Of a stretch of DNA of 64,000 nt, positions 59,940 to 64,000 are shown in pieces. Made by a program: the position numbers and the translations under genes. Source of the DNA: Gemmatimonadaceae bacterium (GTDB lineage Bacteria; Gemmatimonadota; Gemmatimonadetes; Gemmatimonadales; Gemmatimonadaceae); NCBI GenBank assembly GCA_011525845.1, contig WYBP01000015.1:46723-110722 (forward strand). Direction: 5' to 3'. Position 1 is the first letter of the stretch, and every line of letters starts with the position of its first letter. The notes beneath the pieces were generated by a model. The model worked only from the letters and a program-made list of their open reading frames with translations. It did no database searches and had not been told where the DNA came from.

Positions 59940-61106
59940 CTAGCCCGCGCGGAGCGCGTCCGCGACCTCCTGCCGCGCCGCATGCAGCGCCGGGAAGAAG
60001 CCGCCCACCGCCCCCATCACCACCGCGAAGATCATCCCGTTCACGAGCAGCGGCGGCGTGATCCGGAAGGCGAACGCCACCTCGCTGAACGAGGCCCAGT
60101 TGGTGGTGCTCGTCACGAGCCCGTTGATGGGGAGCGCGATCAGGCAGCCGATCGCCCCGCCGATCGCGGCGATGAGGACCGACTCGATGAGGAAGGACGC
60201 GAGCACGCTGCGCGGCGGGAAGCCGAGCGTGAGCAGCACGCCGATCTCCGGTCCGCGGGACGCGACCGCCGCGTACATCGTGTTCACCGCCCCGAACACC
60301 GCCCCGATCGCCATGATCCCCGCGATGAAGACCGCGATGAAGTTCAGGATGGTGGCGAGCATCGTGGACTGGTTCGCGTAGAAGTCGCGCTCGCGGAAGG
60401 CGTCCAGCGTGAGGCGCGGGTCGCTCTCCAGCGTCTGCTTGATCCCGTCGAAGGCGGCGGGGTCCTTCATCCGGAAGGTGACGCTCTGGAAGATCTGGCC
60501 GCGGAAGACGGGCATGAACTGCTCGTTCTCCCCCCAGACCTCGGACTCGAAGGCGGAGCCCCCCGCGGAGAACTGGCCGACCACGGTCCAGTCGGTCTCG
60601 GCGAAGCGGAGCACATCGCCGACATTCGAGTTGGGGAAGCGCGCCGCGAACGCGGAGCCCACCACCACCTCGCGCGCGCCGGCGTTGAAGACCCGGCCCG
60701 CCGTGATCGTGATCCCCTTCCGCACCTCGAAGGCGCGCTGGTTCACGCCGCGCACCACGACATTGGCCATCCCCCCCTGGTCGCGCCGGTCGAGCGGCAC
60801 CACCACGAAGGTCTCCGGACTCAGCATCGGGAGCCCGTCCGCACCCGAGGCGACGAAGGGGAAGCCGCCGATGATGCTGGCGTTCTGGCGGCCGATGCCG
60901 CTGTTCATCTCCTGCTGCGCGCCCTTGCGGAGCACGAGCACGTTCTCGGGGGAGCCGGTGCTGACGAGCGCGGCGCGGAACCCGCTGGCGAGCGCCGTCA
61001 TCGCGATGAAGACCGCCACCACGAGCGCCATGCCGAGCGCGGTGGTGAGCGTCGAGACGGGGCGCTGCCGCAGGCTGCGCAGGTTGTAGATGATCGGGAT
61101 CTTCAT
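59940..61106 (-). CDS. MacB/FtsX-like ABC exporter permease
   Basis: MYAAVASRGPEIGVLLTLGF; 1+3 TM topology. Confidence 0.9.
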   Translation of the reverse strand: MKIPIIYNLRSLRQRPVSTLTTALGMALVVAVFIAMTALASGFRAALVSTGSPENVLVLRKGAQQEMNSGIGRQNASIIGGFPFVASGADGLPMLSPETFVVVPLDRRDQGGMANVVVRGVNQRAFEVRKGITITAGRVFNAGAREVVVGSAFAARFPNSNVGDVLRFAETDWTVVGQFSAGGSAFESEVWGENEQFMPVFRGQIFQSVTFRMKDPAAFDGIKQTLESDPRLTLDAFRERDFYANQSTMLATILNFIAVFIAGIMAIGAVFGAVNTMYAAVASRGPEIGVLLTLGFPPRSVLASFLIESVLIAAIGGAIGCLIALPINGLVTSTTNWASFSEVAFAFRITPPLLVNGMIFAVVMGAVGGFFPALHAARQEVADALRAG

Positions 61107-61113
61107 GGTCGCC

Positions 61114-62253
61114 TCACCCCACCTGGCGGAGCGCGCTCGCCACCGAGAGCCGCGCGGACTGGAAGGCCGGCACGGCACCGCTCACGACACCGAGCGCGAG
61201 GGCCATGGCGAGCCCGAGGGCGATCGTCCCGCCGGTGACGCCGAACCCGGGGAAGAAGGCGTTGAGCGCGTTGCGCCCCGCGAACGCCCCGCGCGCGAGG
61301 AAGAGCCCCAGCGCGCCGCCGAGCACGGAGATCAGCATCGACTCCGCGAGCACGAGCCCGAAGATCAAGCGGTCGCCGAAGCCGACCGTCTTGAGCACCG
61401 CGATCTCGCCGATCCGCTCGCGCACGGCCATCATCATCGTGTTGGCCGAGACGAAGAGGATCGCGAAGAAGACCGCCGTGCCGATCGCGCTCACGAGGAA
61501 CCCGATGTTCCCCCACATCGTGACGAAGCCGGCGTTGAACGCCTTCTCGGTCTGCGTCTTGGTGGGCGCCACCGAACTCTTGAACATCGCGTCGATCGTG
61601 CTCGCCACCTCCGCGGCTCGGTCGGGTTCCTCCAGCGTCATGACGAACCACCCCGGCGTGACCTGCCGGTTGGTGCCCTCCCAGAAGTACTCGTAGTGGA
61701 AGAACATCAGCTCGTCGCCGAACGCCGGATCGGGCGGGTCATACGCGGCGCGGATGTTGAAGTCCCAATCGCCCGCGGCGAAGGTGCCCGTGAGCGTGAC
61801 CTTCTGCCCCACCTGCCAGCCGAACTTCCGGAGCAGCCCCACGCCGACGATCGCCGCGTTCCGCTCGCGCATGAAGTCGTCCATGCTCCCGGCGGTGATC
61901 ACGATCTCGGGATACATCGGGATGTAGGTGTCCGCCTTGATCGCGAACTGCGCGAAGAAGTCGTTCGGATCCCGGTAGTAGGCGCCGAACCAGTTCGCCC
62001 AGCTCACGCTGCTCACGCCATCCACCGCGGCCAGCCGGTTGGCGTGCGCCTCGGGGAGGAGGAAGGTGATCCCGCTCGCACTCGAGGAGATGAGCCGCCC
62101 CTCGCTCCCCACCTCCGTGGCGGCGTCGAGGGTGGTGATCACGGAGCGCAGCACGCCGAAGAGGAAGAAGGCGACCATCACGCTCAGCATCGTGAGGATG
62201 GTGCGCTTCTTGTTGCGGCGGAGGTTGGCCCAGACGAGCCCGGTGGTGGTCAT
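61114..62253 (-). CDS. MacB/FtsX-like ABC exporter permease
   Basis: LRRNKKRTILT; MMMAVRERIGEIAVLKTVGF. Confidence 0.9.
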   Translation of the reverse strand: MTTTGLVWANLRRNKKRTILTMLSVMVAFFLFGVLRSVITTLDAATEVGSEGRLISSSASGITFLLPEAHANRLAAVDGVSSVSWANWFGAYYRDPNDFFAQFAIKADTYIPMYPEIVITAGSMDDFMRERNAAIVGVGLLRKFGWQVGQKVTLTGTFAAGDWDFNIRAAYDPPDPAFGDELMFFHYEYFWEGTNRQVTPGWFVMTLEEPDRAAEVASTIDAMFKSSVAPTKTQTEKAFNAGFVTMWGNIGFLVSAIGTAVFFAILFVSANTMMMAVRERIGEIAVLKTVGFGDRLIFGLVLAESMLISVLGGALGLFLARGAFAGRNALNAFFPGFGVTGGTIALGLAMALALGVVSGAVPAFQSARLSVASALRQVG

Positions 62254-62975
62254 CGCGACAGCACCCCCTTGTCCATCCGCATGATCGCCTGCGCGCGCTC
62301 GGCCGCGTGCGCGTCGTGCGTCACGAGCAGGATGGTCTTCTTGAACTCGCGGTTGAGGCGCTCGAGCAGCGTGAGGATCTCGTCCCCCGAGACGGAGTCG
62401 AGGTCCCCGGTGGGCTCGTCCCCCAGGATGATCGTCGGGTCGCTCACGATCGCGCGCGCGATGCCTACACGCTGCTGCTGTCCGCCCGAGAGCTGCTTGG
62501 GGAAGTGCTCCGTCCGGTCCGAGAGCCCCACCACGTCCAGCGCGTGCATCACGTGCTCCCGGCGCTGCTTCTTCCCCAGGTTTGTGAGCAGGAGCGGGAG
62601 CTCCACGTTCTGCGCCGCCGTGAGCACGGGGAGCAGGTTGTAGAACTGGAAGATGAAGCCGATGTGCGTGGACCTCCACGCGGCCAGCTGCCGGCTGTTC
62701 ATCGCGGTGACGTCCTTCCCGTCGACGACCACCTTCCCGCGGTCGGGCTTGTCGAGCCCCGCCAGGATGTTGAGCAGCGTGGACTTCCCGCTCCCCGAGG
62801 GCCCCATGAGCGCGAGATACTCGCCCTCGTGGATGTCGAGGTTCACCCCCTCGAAGACGTGGACCGTCTCCGCACCGCGCCGGTAGTTCTTCGCGAGGTC
62901 CCGGATCTGGACGAGGACACGCCCCTTGGCGGCCGGGGCGGAGGCGGACATCGTGGCGCTCTCAGTTGACGACAT
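62250..62975 (-). CDS. ABC transporter ATP-binding protein (LolD/MacB type); start may be 62951
   Basis: GPSGSGKS, LSGGQQQRV, GDEPTGDLD, VTHD. Confidence 0.95.
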   Translation of the reverse strand: MSSTESATMSASAPAAKGRVLVQIRDLAKNYRRGAETVHVFEGVNLDIHEGEYLALMGPSGSGKSTLLNILAGLDKPDRGKVVVDGKDVTAMNSRQLAAWRSTHIGFIFQFYNLLPVLTAAQNVELPLLLTNLGKKQRREHVMHALDVVGLSDRTEHFPKQLSGGQQQRVGIARAIVSDPTIILGDEPTGDLDSVSGDEILTLLERLNREFKKTILLVTHDAHAAERAQAIMRMDKGVLSR

Positions 62976-64000
62976 TGACGCGTGCTCCCGCTGTGAGGTC
63001 CCTGGGTGGATTCACGATCACCTGCTCCCCGCCGGAGAGGCCCGAGCGCACCTCCCGGCGGCCGGCCGAGACGGGCCCGGCCTCGATCTCCTGCCGGCTC
63101 GCCACGCCGTCGCGCACCACGTAGACCACCGTGCTCGCTCCCTCGGTGCGCACCGCCTCGGCGGTCACGAACACGCGCATCGGCTCGGCGGTGTCCGCCG
63201 GGCGCTCCACCGCGAGGAACTCCACGCGCGCCCCCATCTCGGGGAGGATCCGCCGATCGCGGTCGGTGATGCTCACCTTCACCTGCACCGTCGCGCGCTG
63301 GCGGTCGGCAGTCGGCACGATCTGGCGCACGCGCCCGTTGAACGACGCCGACGGGTACGCGTCGAGGATGATGCGCGTGGGCTGGCGGTCCTGCACCTGC
63401 GCGATGTACGCCTCGTTCACATCCACCTCCACCTCGAGCGTCTGCAGGTCGGCCATGGTGACCACGGCACCGCGCGTGAGCCCGCCTCCCGCCGCGACCG
63501 GAGCGACCACCTCACCCACCTCGGCGTCCTTGCGCAGCACGGTGCCGTCGAAGGGTGCGCGGATGAAGGTGTTGTCGAGGTTCGCGCGCGCGTACGCGAC
63601 CGCCGCCGTGGCGGAGCGGATCTGCGCCCCCTGCACCCCGACCCGCGCCTCGGCCCCCTTGAGCTGCGACTCGAGCTCCTCCGACCGCGCGACCGGCTCC
63701 ATGTCGCGCGCGAGCAGGTCCTTCGCGCGCGCGAGGTCGCGCGCGAGTTGGTCGCGCGCCGCGGCGGCCTCGCGGTACGCGGCCTCCGCGCGCGCGCTGT
63801 CCGCCACGGCCTGCGCGAGTGCCGCGACGTACTCGTCGTTCTCCAGGCGTGCCATCACGTCGCCGCGGCGCACGCGGCTCCCCTCCTCCACCGCGAGCAT
63901 CGCCAGACGTCCACTCAACCGGGACGAGACGGAAGCGCGCGTGCGCGCCACCACGTAGCCGTTGGCCGTGATCCCGGTGCCGGTGCCTGCCGCGCCCCCG
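62962..64000 (-). CDS. MacA-like periplasmic adaptor (membrane fusion protein), 5'-truncated by window edge
   Basis: ITANGYVVAR, IRAPFDG, VEVDVNE; frame is open to the right edge. Confidence 0.92.
   Translation of the reverse strand, partial: GGAAGTGTGITANGYVVARTRASVSSRLSGRLAMLAVEEGSRVRRGDVMARLENDEYVAALAQAVADSARAEAAYREAAAARDQLARDLARAKDLLARDMEPVARSEELESQLKGAEARVGVQGAQIRSATAAVAYARANLDNTFIRAPFDGTVLRKDAEVGEVVAPVAAGGGLTRGAVVTMADLQTLEVEVDVNEAYIAQVQDRQPTRIILDAYPSASFNGRVRQIVPTADRQRATVQVKVSITDRDRRILPEMGARVEFLAVERPADTAEPMRVFVTAEAVRTEGASTVVYVVRDGVASRQEIEAGPVSAGRREVRSGLSGGEQVIVNPPRDLTAGARVNVVN

Overview
A very GC-rich bacterial chromosomal segment (GC judged by eye, not computed) with about 57 densely packed protein-coding genes. 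I found no rRNA, tRNA, CRISPR array, integrase or transposase. The gene content suggests Gemmatimonadota, but that is inference, not a database result. Recognisable genes: nhaA, katG, nrfH-nrfA (CxxCH-type active-site heme motif), gabT, a cysteine synthase-family enzyme, a yghX-like dienelactone hydrolase, nfeD plus a stomatin/SPFH gene, and a MacAB-like export operon cut by the right edge. Most long ORFs in the supplied track are GC-driven antisense shadows, and many true starts lie downstream of the listed ones. Best leads: (1) a six-gene operon at 36420-44660 (class III aminotransferase, C-N hydrolase, VOC protein, 912-aa Orn/Lys/Arg decarboxylase, orphan ATP-grasp ligase, C45 Ntn-hydrolase) that looks like an amine make/conjugate/release pathway; (2) a 1024-aa exported protein joining a beta-strand-rich N-terminus to a cryptic cardiolipin-synthase/PLD-like module, near an OMPLA-like gene; (3) a candidate sigma54 promoter driving two lipoprotein genes, a pseudo-receiver enhancer-binding protein and a TPR protein; (4) a decayed, microhomology-deleted second copy of yghX bracketing a lipoprotein gene; (5) two paralogous Zn-ribbon membrane proteins about 55 kb apart; (6) a 21-codon remnant of a lost ArsR-type gene.
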